64,000 nt of DNA from Promethearchaeota archaeon (lineage in GTDB: Archaea > Asgardarchaeota > Lokiarchaeia > Sigyniarchaeales > SOKP01), in contig JAGXNO010000006.1 in NCBI GenBank assembly GCA_019894975.1, positions 39,051 through 103,050 on the forward strand. The letters are read 5' to 3'. A program made the position numbers and the translations under genes. The notes beneath the pieces were generated by a model. That model was not told the DNA's origin and ran no database searches. It saw nothing but the letters and a program-made list of their open reading frames with translations. Each line of letters begins with the position of its first letter. Position 1 is the first letter of the stretch. Shown here piece after piece: positions 29,739 through 39,080 of the stretch.

Positions 29739-29898
29739 ATTTAACCCCTCTAAAGAATATCTATTTTTAAATAGATTAGGAACTAAAAATATATTAATTT
29801 TATTTAATTATCCTATGTATTGAATATGAAAAAGATTCATATTTATGGAATTCTATATAAATAATTTCAATATATCCAAAGATTGAGATGGTTCAAAT

Positions 29899-30834
29899 AT
29901 GATGGATAAAAATTCAAAGATTTATATTGCTGGTCATGCTGGATTAGTTGGTTCTGCAATTTCTCGATTTTTAAAAAGAGAAGGCTATACAAACTTATTA
30001 AACCGGACTCACAAGGAATTGGATTTACAAGATCAAAAAAAAGTTAATGAATTCTTTATAGAAGAGTCGCCGGATTATGTTTTTTTAGCAGCCGCAAAAG
30101 TTGGAGGAATACTATCTAATAATACTTATCCTGCTCAATTTATTTATAGTAATTTAGAAATCCAAAATAATATTATCCATGCTTGTTATGAATATAAAGT
30201 TAAAAAATTATTATTTCTTGGAAGTTCTTGTATTTATCCTAAGTTTGCGCCTCAACCTATACACGAAGATGCTCTTCTAAGTGGAAAATTAGAACCAACA
30301 AATCAAGCATATGCTATAGCTAAAATTGCTGGTATAATAATGTGTCAATCATACAATACGGAATATAATACTAATTTTATTAGTGTAATGCCAACGAATC
30401 TTTATGGTCCAAATGATCATTATGATTTATATAATTCACACGTTTTACCTGCTTTAATTAGAAAAGTTCATGAAGCAAAAATAGCAAATTCTGATACTGT
30501 TGAAATTTGGGGAACAGGTACAGTCAGAAGAGAATTCTTATATATTGATGATTTAGCCGAAGCATGTGTATTTTTAATGAATATCTATGATGATAGTGAA
30601 ATTATCAACATTGGAACAGGAGAAGATATAACAATAAAAGATTTAGCAAACACTATTAGAGAAGTGATTGGTTTTAAAGGAGAATTTCATTTTGATAAAA
30701 CGAAACCAGATGGAACTCCACGAAAGCAATTAAACGTACAAAAAATTAATAACCTTGGTTGGAAGTCAAAAATAGATTTGAAAACGGGAATAGAATTAAC
30801 GTATAAAGATTATTTAGAAGAAAAAGGAAAATAA
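29899..30834 (+). CDS. fcl: GDP-L-fucose synthase
   Basis: [45 protein letters not shown]. Confidence 0.95.
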   Translation: MMDKNSKIYIAGHAGLVGSAISRFLKREGYTNLLNRTHKELDLQDQKKVNEFFIEESPDYVFLAAAKVGGILSNNTYPAQFIYSNLEIQNNIIHACYEYKVKKLLFLGSSCIYPKFAPQPIHEDALLSGKLEPTNQAYAIAKIAGIIMCQSYNTEYNTNFISVMPTNLYGPNDHYDLYNSHVLPALIRKVHEAKIANSDTVEIWGTGTVRREFLYIDDLAEACVFLMNIYDDSEIINIGTGEDITIKDLANTIREVIGFKGEFHFDKTKPDGTPRKQLNVQKINNLGWKSKIDLKTGIELTYKDYLEEKGK

Positions 30835-30947
30835 GAAGTTTAAAGTTAGATAAACTACTTGAAAAAACTACTTTGTATGGTAAGTTTTAATTAATTTTTT
30901 TTAATAATTACATATTAACCAAATAAAAAATAAGATATGTTAATACA

Positions 30948-31712
30948 ATGAAAGAGAAAAGGCATTCCAAATCCTTTTTAAGGAATTTCATTAAACCTAT
31001 AATTAATATCTCAAATATAAAGCATGCTATTCCAAAATACATTAAATATATAAGAGATTGGAAAAAATATTCCCGGATGAATTATGCAGAAGAAATGAGT
31101 CTAACAAATTCAATCCCAACATTATTTGATGATCTTGTAAAAACACCTTTTGATTCTCACTATTTTTACCAAGATATTTGGGCATTTAAAAAAATTCTTG
31201 AATTGGGATCTGATTCTCATGTAGATATTGGCTCAAAAATATATTTTGTAGGATTTTTAACAGCAATTAAAGAAGTTAAATTTATTGATATAAGACCATT
31301 AAAAGCTAATTTAGATAATCTAAAATCAATTAAAGGAAGTATTCTCTCAATTCCGTTTGAAGATGATTCAGTTAACTCAATTTCATGTCTTCATGTGGCG
31401 GAACATATAGGACTTGGAAGATACGGCGATCCTCTAGATCCTTTAGGCACTAAAAAAGCAACAAAAGAATTATCTAGAGTTTTAGCTAAAGGAGGAAATT
31501 TATTTTTTTCTTTACCAATTGGAAAACCACGTTTATGTTTTAATAGTCATAGGATGCATTCATCTGGACAGATTTTAGAATATTTCTCAGATTTAGAGCT
31601 CATCGAACTTTCGGGGGTTGTTGATGGAGGTAACTATTTTCAAAATATTAATAGAAATAAACTAGATTCATGTACTTATGGATGTGGCTTTTTTCATTTT
31701 ACTAAAAATTAA
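30948..31712 (+). CDS. DUF268-like SAM-dependent methyltransferase
   Basis: HYFYQDIWA, HVDIGS, HVAEHIGLGRYGDPLDP. Confidence 0.82.
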   Translation: MKEKRHSKSFLRNFIKPIINISNIKHAIPKYIKYIRDWKKYSRMNYAEEMSLTNSIPTLFDDLVKTPFDSHYFYQDIWAFKKILELGSDSHVDIGSKIYFVGFLTAIKEVKFIDIRPLKANLDNLKSIKGSILSIPFEDDSVNSISCLHVAEHIGLGRYGDPLDPLGTKKATKELSRVLAKGGNLFFSLPIGKPRLCFNSHRMHSSGQILEYFSDLELIELSGVVDGGNYFQNINRNKLDSCTYGCGFFHFTKN

Positions 31713-31783
31713 TTTATATAAAATATTTTTAATACCTTAAATTCAAAATTATAATAAAATCTATTCAAATTGGTTTCAAACTT

Positions 31784-32476
31784 ATGGAACAATTGAAGAA
31801 AATTACAAAAGATACGATTAAATTCAAAACTAAGGATCTCTATAATCAGAGTAGAGAAGATAGAGTCAAATTTATTGCTAGAAAATTCAAGAATTACTTA
31901 AAAGAATCAGTACTAGATGTTGGCTGTGATGAGGGTTATCTCAGAGAATTATTATCTGTTGATGTAAAATATATAGGGATTGATATGTCTGGAAAGCCTG
32001 ACTTTGTTGTCAATCTAGAAAAAGATAAATTGAGTAAATTTGATGATAAGAGCTTTTATACTGTAGTCTGTACAGATGTTTTAGAGCATTTGGGTAATTT
32101 ACATGATGTTTTTGACGATATTTGCAGAGTTTCTAAAAAATATGCAATAATTTCCCTCCCAAATTCATGGGTCAATTTCAAATATCCCCTAATTAGTGGT
32201 AAAAAAGAGTATAAAAGGTATGGGTTACCTATAAATAATCCCGTAGATCGACATAAATGGTTTTTTAATTATGAAGAAGCATTAAAATTCATAAAGGAAA
32301 GGGTTAAGATGAATAATTTTAGGATAAGATATCATTTTCCTGTTCCATATCATTATAATAGTATAAGACACCAATTATTTCATGTATTTTTTAAAATCTA
32401 TTACAAAAACAAGTATGGGTATGAAAATCTATTCTATAGAAATCTTTGGGCCCTCATAGAGAGATCAGAGCTTTAA
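31784..32476 (+). CDS. Class I SAM-dependent methyltransferase
   Basis: VLDVGCDEG, CTDVLEHL, IISLPN. Confidence 0.85.
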   Translation: MEQLKKITKDTIKFKTKDLYNQSREDRVKFIARKFKNYLKESVLDVGCDEGYLRELLSVDVKYIGIDMSGKPDFVVNLEKDKLSKFDDKSFYTVVCTDVLEHLGNLHDVFDDICRVSKKYAIISLPNSWVNFKYPLISGKKEYKRYGLPINNPVDRHKWFFNYEEALKFIKERVKMNNFRIRYHFPVPYHYNSIRHQLFHVFFKIYYKNKYGYENLFYRNLWALIERSEL

Positions 32477-32493
32477 AATAATAGGATGCGAAT

Positions 32494-33525
32494 TTAGAAC
32501 TTTAACCAGCCTTTCATATATCTATAATCCCAATTTTTATGGATACCAACATAAAACCAATCTTTTGGGGCTATTACAATTTTCTCTGGGTTTTCATTTA
32601 GATATGCACCCCACCAGCTAAACGTGGAGTTTGCAATTATTTGATGATCACAGCAAGACATTAAATACAATTCAAGATAATCTTTTTCTTGAGGGAATAT
32701 GAAATCTATAGAAGGATATATCTCCTCCATATATTTCCTAACGAACTCATGATCCGAAGAAAAAATAACTATTTTTAAATTATCATTAGGAAAATTTTCT
32801 TTAAAATAAGCAATGGATTTAGAATAATAATCAGATTCCGATAATAATGGTAGAGCGTGTCTTTCTGGATTAATTAAAATATCACCTCTTCTAATATGTA
32901 ATGCTATCGTTGGATTTTCTCTAAGATAAATTTCGGGGTATTTTCTTGTCAAATATTCTTTTTCAGAGGGATCTATGAAAAACAAAATAGGTAGTAATTT
33001 ATCTCTGAATTTATCAAAATATTTATCACTTGCAAAATGGCCATTAAATATAATACCACTGTATTTTGTGAGGTCGCAAATTTCAGTTGGTTTAGAAATT
33101 TTGTGATAACCTCTCTGTTTTTGCTGATAAAGAAAGAGATTATAGGGTCGTTGTTTAACAAGTGGGAGCTTTCGAAAAGCAGTATCCCAATAAACGGGTC
33201 TTGTCTTTGCCCCACTTGGGGAACTTTTAATTTTTTTGAAAACAGGAGTTATAGAATGCTCCCATCCATAGGTTAAAACTGTTGATATTTCATATAATTG
33301 ATTTCCTAAACCCCCTTTTAGTTTTACTGAAACAATTTTTTTAGTAGATACTAAATTAGTGTTTATTTTAGCCAAAACTTTCGTTATTAGGGGTAATTTC
33401 TTGATAAATTGTTGTAATTTCTCTGTTCTATTATAATCAGTTTTTATAAAACGTCCTAACCGCCAATATTGATCACTTAGAGCATCTATTATTGAGAGGA
33501 TTGTTTTTTTTAAAGAATCTTTCAT
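32494..33525 (-). CDS. Alpha-1,2-fucosyltransferase (GT11)
   Basis: GGLGNQLY, HIRRGD, IIANSTFSWWGAYL, P..W: the GT11 signature motifs. Confidence 0.9.
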   Translation of the reverse strand: MKDSLKKTILSIIDALSDQYWRLGRFIKTDYNRTEKLQQFIKKLPLITKVLAKINTNLVSTKKIVSVKLKGGLGNQLYEISTVLTYGWEHSITPVFKKIKSSPSGAKTRPVYWDTAFRKLPLVKQRPYNLFLYQQKQRGYHKISKPTEICDLTKYSGIIFNGHFASDKYFDKFRDKLLPILFFIDPSEKEYLTRKYPEIYLRENPTIALHIRRGDILINPERHALPLLSESDYYSKSIAYFKENFPNDNLKIVIFSSDHEFVRKYMEEIYPSIDFIFPQEKDYLELYLMSCCDHQIIANSTFSWWGAYLNENPEKIVIAPKDWFYVGIHKNWDYRYMKGWLKF

Positions 33526-33553
33526 TTTTGCGTCTAATAATTTTTCAATATAA

Positions 33554-33995
33554 TTATTCTTGTTGATTTTTTAAAATTTCACTTACTTTCATGAAAATAT
33601 TTTTTTCATTTAAACCATAAGCATTTAAGATATCACTTCTCTTACCAGATCGTCCAAATGTATCTTGAATTGCAACAAATTCCATAATTATTGGAAAATT
33701 TTCAGAAATTATTCTTGAAATTATACTTCCAAAGCCACAATAGATATTATGTTCTTCAATTACCGCAATTCCTTCAACATCTTTTATTTCCTTTATTAAT
33801 TGGGCTTTATCTATAGGCTTAATTGTTGATAAATTTATAATTTTTATTGAGATATTTAACTTTTTCTCAATATTTTGAGCAGATTTTAATTCCAGGATGA
33901 CCAGATTGGGCAATGTAAATCATTTTTAGAATATCCTTTTTAATCTCAAGGATTTCTGAAGTTATTTCTTTAATTTCTGGGATTGATAAAGTCAT
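33554..33995 (-). pseudogene. Transketolase deletion chimera (start of N-subunit fused out of frame to end of C-subunit)
   Basis: ATG at 33995 gives MTLSIPEIKEITSEILEIKKDILKMIYIAQSGHPG (TK N-terminus, SGHPG). At ~33890 the sequence switches to another frame encoding LKSAQNIEKKLNISIKIINLSTIKPID...EEHN..GFGS..DTFGRSG (TK C-terminal domain). Confidence 0.85.
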
Positions 33996-34027
33996 AATAA
34001 TTTTTAAAAATTAAAATTCTTATTCAA

Positions 34028-35014
34028 TTAAAGTTCCAATATATATTTTTTTAGTTTCTCAGAATTGAAGAATTCTATAGGTGGTAAAGAAGCCGAAAGC
34101 TCAGCGCCATATAGAGCTAGTTTTGCTGAATCCATTATAGGGAGTTTTGCGGCAAAAGATAAACCTAAGATAGCCATGATGGCACTTCCAACAGAGGCAA
34201 AGGTTCTAAAAGGTTCCTTTAATATGGATGGAATATTTTCAATCTTTTCTTTTTCTTTTGAATACAAATAAGATTCAGATTCTAAATAAGTTAGCAGTAC
34301 ATTTTTACATTTTGATGAATGCAAAATTTTCTTGGCCGCTATTGATATACTTGTTTCAGTACAACAATCTATTGATAAAGATTTTAATGCTTTATAAAGA
34401 TTGATTTTAATTAAATCAACATTTTCATATAAATAATAATTAGCTATGTTCGGACGGGCAATGATGGGTATTCCTTTAAAATCCTGTTCCAACAAATTTA
34501 ATAAATTTTGAACAAAATGATCGTTAAACATTCCACCTATGCCATAATCCAAAATTACTATGGCGTCGATAGATTCTGCTTTTGATCGGATATATTTAAA
34601 TAATGCATCATAAATAGAATTACTAATCTCATTTATGTAATGAGATTCCATTCGAAGTATGTGTTGGTTCATAGCCTTAATTCGAGTTATCTGAGGAGTC
34701 TTGATATTATTATCAATGATAATACCAGAAGAGTTTAGATTCAACTCCTCAATTTTTTTTAGATAAAAATTTCCCTCATAATCATTACCGATAATGGTAC
34801 AAAAATCAGGTATACCTCCTAAAGACTTGATAAATTGAAGAACTAATCCCATACCTCCTATATATGTTAGTATCTCCTCAATTTTTATATTAGGAACAGG
34901 AGCATCTGGAGAAATTCTATCAGCATTTCCTATAATATATTTATCTATTAAAGCTTCTCCAATAATAAGCAACTTTTTGTTTGTCCATTTATGTATATCG
35001 TCAGCAAGAGCCAT
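34028..35014 (-). CDS. PfkB-fold, RfaE/HldE heptose-7-phosphate kinase-like protein (degenerate active site)
   Basis: IGEALIDKYIIGNADRISPDAPVP, LDYGIG; the C-terminal DxxGAGD motif reads TFASVGSA. Confidence 0.75.
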   Translation of the reverse strand: MALADDIHKWTNKKLLIIGEALIDKYIIGNADRISPDAPVPNIKIEEILTYIGGMGLVLQFIKSLGGIPDFCTIIGNDYEGNFYLKKIEELNLNSSGIIIDNNIKTPQITRIKAMNQHILRMESHYINEISNSIYDALFKYIRSKAESIDAIVILDYGIGGMFNDHFVQNLLNLLEQDFKGIPIIARPNIANYYLYENVDLIKINLYKALKSLSIDCCTETSISIAAKKILHSSKCKNVLLTYLESESYLYSKEKEKIENIPSILKEPFRTFASVGSAIMAILGLSFAAKLPIMDSAKLALYGAELSASLPPIEFFNSEKLKKYILEL

Positions 35015-35025
35015 TTTTAGAGCAA

Positions 35026-35682
35026 TTATTTCCTTAATTTAGTTTGTAATTTTTCCCAATCAGATAAAAACGCATTTAATCCTTTATCGGTGTTTGGATG
35101 TTTAAACATTTTTTCTAAAACAGCAAATGGGATAGTTGCAATATGTGCACCCGACTTTGCAGATTCTATAACGTGTCTTGAATTTCGAACACTGGCAACG
35201 ATTATTTCAGACTTAAAATTGTATGCTTTAATAATTACCATTGACTCTCGTATCATGTCAATTTCATTTTGTCCGTTATCCATTAACCTTCCTATAAATG
35301 GACTGATATAAGAAGCTCCCGCTTTTGCAGCTATTAAAACTTGATTTTGAGAAAAAACTAAAGTCACATTTGTTTTAATTCCTTCATTTTCGAGAATTTT
35401 AACTGCCTTTATTCCTTCTTTTGTCATAGGAATTTTAATAACTATGTTAGGTGCAAGAGTGGAAAGTTCTCGTGCTTCTTCTACCATTTTTTCTGTTTTC
35501 AATCCAATAACTTCTGCACTTATTGGACCTTCAACGATTTTACAAATCTTTTTAAGCTGTTCTTTTGGTTCCCGACCTTCTCTAGATAATAAAGTTGGAT
35601 TGGTTGTTACACCATCTATGATGCCTAAGGCTTGCATCTCTCTTATTTGATCCAAATTTGCAGTATCTATGAAAAATTTCAT
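35026..35682 (-). CDS. tal: Transaldolase (short TalC/FSA family)
   Basis: [16 protein letters not shown] (Glu), VIKIP (Schiff-base Lys), SPFIGR (Phe, transaldolase-type), ASVR. Confidence 0.9.
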   Translation of the reverse strand: MKFFIDTANLDQIREMQALGIIDGVTTNPTLLSREGREPKEQLKKICKIVEGPISAEVIGLKTEKMVEEARELSTLAPNIVIKIPMTKEGIKAVKILENEGIKTNVTLVFSQNQVLIAAKAGASYISPFIGRLMDNGQNEIDMIRESMVIIKAYNFKSEIIVASVRNSRHVIESAKSGAHIATIPFAVLEKMFKHPNTDKGLNAFLSDWEKLQTKLRK

Positions 35683-35710
35683 ATTAATTTATAGATAATT
35701 TTGAATTCAA

Positions 35711-36319
35711 TTAAATTTTTTGAGCAAAATCTAATAAGTTTTGAAACACCAAATCTGGTTTTAGTTGATCATCTTTTTTTTGTTCTTCTTTACCATAACC
35801 CGTTAAAACTAAAACAGTCTTACACTTTGCAATTTTACCTGTTTTTATGTCATTCAATGTATCTCCGACCATGAAGGAGTTTGATAAATCAATATTAATA
35901 TCATAGGCTTTTTGAGCAATATCATGAATAGATAATCCAAATTTATAAAACTGATTGAACGCCCCAATTAGTGCTACAGATAAAGATGATGAGCCTCCCA
36001 TTCCAGAACCCGCAGGTAATTCTGAATAGATATCAATGTTAAAACCATCTTTAATATTAAGGAAATTAATGGTTCATTTAAAAATTCCTAAATCTTCATT
36101 ATATTCTTTATCTCCGAGTATAAATTCTTTAGTTTCAGTTAGAATTGGCGAAGAAACTCGAATTAATTCATCTGTCCGTGGTTTTATTGTAATATAAACA
36201 TACCGATCTATTGCTGTGCTAATAACACAACCACCATTTTCCATGCAATAAGGAGCCATATCAGTTCCTCCACCACCAAAACTTATACGAAAAGGAGCTT
36301 TAGATCGAATAATTACCAT
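35711..36319 (-). pseudogene. HddA-like GHMP kinase N-half fused in frame to GmhB-like phosphatase C-terminus, with internal TGA
   Basis: One frame 36319..35711: APFRISFGGGGTD...GIFK*TINF...ELPAGSGMGGSSS...AQKAYDI|NIDLSNSFMVGDTLNDIKTG..CKTVLVLTGYG. TGA at 36076-74; junction at ~35895. Confidence 0.85.
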
Positions 36320-36441
36320 TATTATTAGTTCATTTAAAATTTATTATCGTTTTTCCATTCATTCCCAATAAATTTGAAAAATTAAAAGTTTTTTTTGGTA
36401 TGTGTATATTACTATTCCTAAATATAAATATTGGAATATTC

Positions 36442-37485
36442 ATGAAAACAATCTTAATAACGGGTTCAGATGGTTTCATAGGTTCTCATTTGACAGACTT
36501 TTGTCTTATGAAAGGATTTCGAGTTATTGCTTTAAAAAAACCAACAAGAAACGTGATAAACTTAATTAGATATACTGACGGAAAACGTGATTTTACCATT
36601 GAAGAACTATCAGAGTTTAAATTAAAAAAAATTCGGATTCCTACAAACAATAAAAATCTATTAATTTTGGAATGTGATATTAAAAATGCCGATTTAATTG
36701 AAGTTTTAGTGGAAGAATTTAGACCAAAAATGATATTTCATTTTGCTGCTCAACCACTTGTTATTCCATCTTGGGAGGATCCAATAGATACTATAAGAAC
36801 TAATGTTATTGGCACGATAAATGTCTTTGAACCAATAAAAAAACATAAACTCAACATAAAAGTTATTCTTGCTTGTTCTAGTGCAGAATATGGTACTACT
36901 ACAGATTTAGACCGAGCATTAAAAGAGACTGACTTACTCTTGGCAATACATCCATATGGAATTAGTAAAATAGCAGCAGAGCTTCTTGCACGTCAATATT
37001 TTATAAATTATGGAATAGAGGTGATTAATTTAAGATTTTTTAATCAAACAGGTCCCAGAAAAGAAAATGATGTTGTTTCTGATTTTGTTATAAAAGTAGC
37101 AAAAATAGATTCAGGAATCGCTGAACCTATAATTAATGTTGGTAATATTAATACATACCGGGATATAACAGGCATAAAAGACACCATACAAGCAACATGG
37201 TTAGCGGCTACAAGGGGAACTCCTGGAGAAACCTACAATGTATGTTCAGGTAGAAAAATTTATATTCGGGAGATTTTAGAAAAAATATTAAAATTTTCGA
37301 ATAATGAGATTAAAATAAAGGAGGACACTGAAGAAAAATTAAGAAAAACAGACGAAAAAATTATTTTAGGTGATAATTCTAAAATAAAAAAAGAACTGGG
37401 TTTCAAAATTTCTCAATCTATTGATGAACTTTTAAGAGAAACATATGAATATTGGATTGAGTATTTTTCTTCTGATACTTGCTAA
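36442..37485 (+). CDS. GDP-sugar SDR (GMD/RMD family), paralog of 20171..21211
   Basis: MKTILITGSDGFIGSHLTDFC, HFAAQP, SSAEYG, LLAIHPYGISK, RFFNQTG; start moved to ATG 36442 by comparison with the paralog. Confidence 0.8.
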   Translation: MKTILITGSDGFIGSHLTDFCLMKGFRVIALKKPTRNVINLIRYTDGKRDFTIEELSEFKLKKIRIPTNNKNLLILECDIKNADLIEVLVEEFRPKMIFHFAAQPLVIPSWEDPIDTIRTNVIGTINVFEPIKKHKLNIKVILACSSAEYGTTTDLDRALKETDLLLAIHPYGISKIAAELLARQYFINYGIEVINLRFFNQTGPRKENDVVSDFVIKVAKIDSGIAEPIINVGNINTYRDITGIKDTIQATWLAATRGTPGETYNVCSGRKIYIREILEKILKFSNNEIKIKEDTEEKLRKTDEKIILGDNSKIKKELGFKISQSIDELLRETYEYWIEYFSSDTC

Positions 37486-37521
37486 TTTATACCAAACTAA
37501 TGGTACACAAGATATAGCTAA

Positions 37522-38898
37522 TTAAAGATCAAATCCATAGAGTCTTTTGTCTCCTTTTTTTCTAAATTGCTTATAAGCGGTCTGATAACGCTCTTTTGTT
37601 TCTTCTGTGTTTGGAATATCTATCATTACTTGTGAAAGACCTAATCTATGCAATTCTGGATATTCGACGAAAATTGCAAACAATTTTTGTAAATGAGAAA
37701 GTTGATTTTTATATCTTCCAGGAAAATTTAATTTACTTGAATCAAAAAAATTAGAACTCAAGTCGCTAAAATCTCCCATATAATATTCTTGTTGTCTACA
37801 ATATTCTCCCAGTTTTGTTCCGGGATATGGTTGATATATTGAAACCCAAGCATAATCAGGTTTCGCCTCAATATTCATTTCAAGAGTTGCTAAGTCATCT
37901 TCTAGTGAGCCCGTAGGCAAACCAATGATGTTTTGTAACATAAGTCTTATCCCATGTTCTCTAAGGAGAATAGTTGCCTTGATTATTTGTTCTCTCGTCA
38001 TTCTCCTATTTAAAATGTTGTTTCTCAATCTATCATTTGCAGTTTCTGCTGCAATATGAACACTATAACAACCTGCTTGCTTCAATTGGTTAACAATCTC
38101 TTCATCAACCGTGTTTGGTCTTACATGACAATGGAAAGGTAAATTAACTCTCTTAGCATATTCCTTGGTAAAATCTTTTAACCATTTTTTATTTAACGTA
38201 AAGGTATCATCCTGAAAATAAACAAACCTTGTTGGGGAAGATTTCACTACATCTTCAATTTCATCTACTAAAGAGATAACATTTCTGAACCTAACCCTTT
38301 TCCCTTTATTGCTATATAATTGCGAATATTTTTCATTAAAACAGTAAGAACAATTATAGGGGCAGCCTCTTGAAGCTATAAAATGTTTTATCGGTCCTTT
38401 TTTTATTTCTGGGAACTGGAATACTATTTCTCTATCTGGAAAAGGTAGCGAATCTATATCTGCCAAGGGTCGGACTCCATTTTGTATTATTCTTCCATTT
38501 CTTTTAACAAAAAGATTTTCTATTTGAGTTATATCTTCTGCTTTTTCTTGTTTATTTAAAAGATCGACAAATGCTGGTTCTCCTTCTCCTCTGCATACAA
38601 TATCCACACCATCTTGATTTATTAATTCCGGGAAAAAGGTTGGATGTGGGCCTCCAAAAACACTTAAAAATTGATAGGTCCTCTTTAATGATTGATTAAG
38701 ATCTAAAAAGAGATCTTGATCTCCAGTCATAAGACTATAGGCTACAATATCAGGTTCAAATTCTTCAACCTTTTTTTCTAAATCATCTGAGATTCTTGCC
38801 AAATCTGTTTTATGACCTGCAGCTTTTGCAGCCGCAGATAAATACATTATGCCAAGAGGTTCAATTATAAATGGTTTTGTAATGAATAAGACTTTCAT
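37522..38898 (-). CDS. Cobalamin-binding radical SAM protein (class B methyltransferase-like)
   Basis: EPLGIMYLSA, GGPHPTFFPE, RGEGE (B12 domain); SRGCPYNCSYC (CxxxCxxC); DDTF; PYPGT. Confidence 0.9.
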   Translation of the reverse strand: MKVLFITKPFIIEPLGIMYLSAAAKAAGHKTDLARISDDLEKKVEEFEPDIVAYSLMTGDQDLFLDLNQSLKRTYQFLSVFGGPHPTFFPELINQDGVDIVCRGEGEPAFVDLLNKQEKAEDITQIENLFVKRNGRIIQNGVRPLADIDSLPFPDREIVFQFPEIKKGPIKHFIASRGCPYNCSYCFNEKYSQLYSNKGKRVRFRNVISLVDEIEDVVKSSPTRFVYFQDDTFTLNKKWLKDFTKEYAKRVNLPFHCHVRPNTVDEEIVNQLKQAGCYSVHIAAETANDRLRNNILNRRMTREQIIKATILLREHGIRLMLQNIIGLPTGSLEDDLATLEMNIEAKPDYAWVSIYQPYPGTKLGEYCRQQEYYMGDFSDLSSNFFDSSKLNFPGRYKNQLSHLQKLFAIFVEYPELHRLGLSQVMIDIPNTEETKERYQTAYKQFRKKGDKRLYGFDL

Positions 38899-39080
38899 TT
38901 AGTAAAAAAATTACCTTATTGTTTTTAAATATTTACTTAAGATAACCATCGTGAGGGAAATTAAGGATTCTCCCTTCCTTAAATAAAAAACTTTAAATCA
39001 AGAAAATGATTGATATTAAACAAAATGCCTTTAATTATTGTCTTGAATGCAATATCTACAATAAACTTGATAAATTGTAA

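Noticed and set aside
36074-36076. In-frame TGA in the hddA-like frame as possible selenocysteine or readthrough
   Set aside because: It falls at a non-catalytic position with no Cys equivalent, the gene is independently broken by a deletion, and no SECIS-like element was seen; a nonsense mutation is simpler.
35711-36319. Novel functional kinase-phosphatase fusion enzyme
   Set aside because: Both halves are incomplete (no GHMP C-terminal domain, no HAD DxD motif) and there is an internal stop.
38960-38983. TTAAGGA/TCCTTAA inverted repeat upstream of the radical SAM gene
   Set aside because: Only 7 bp and AT-rich; expected by chance, no second copy seen.
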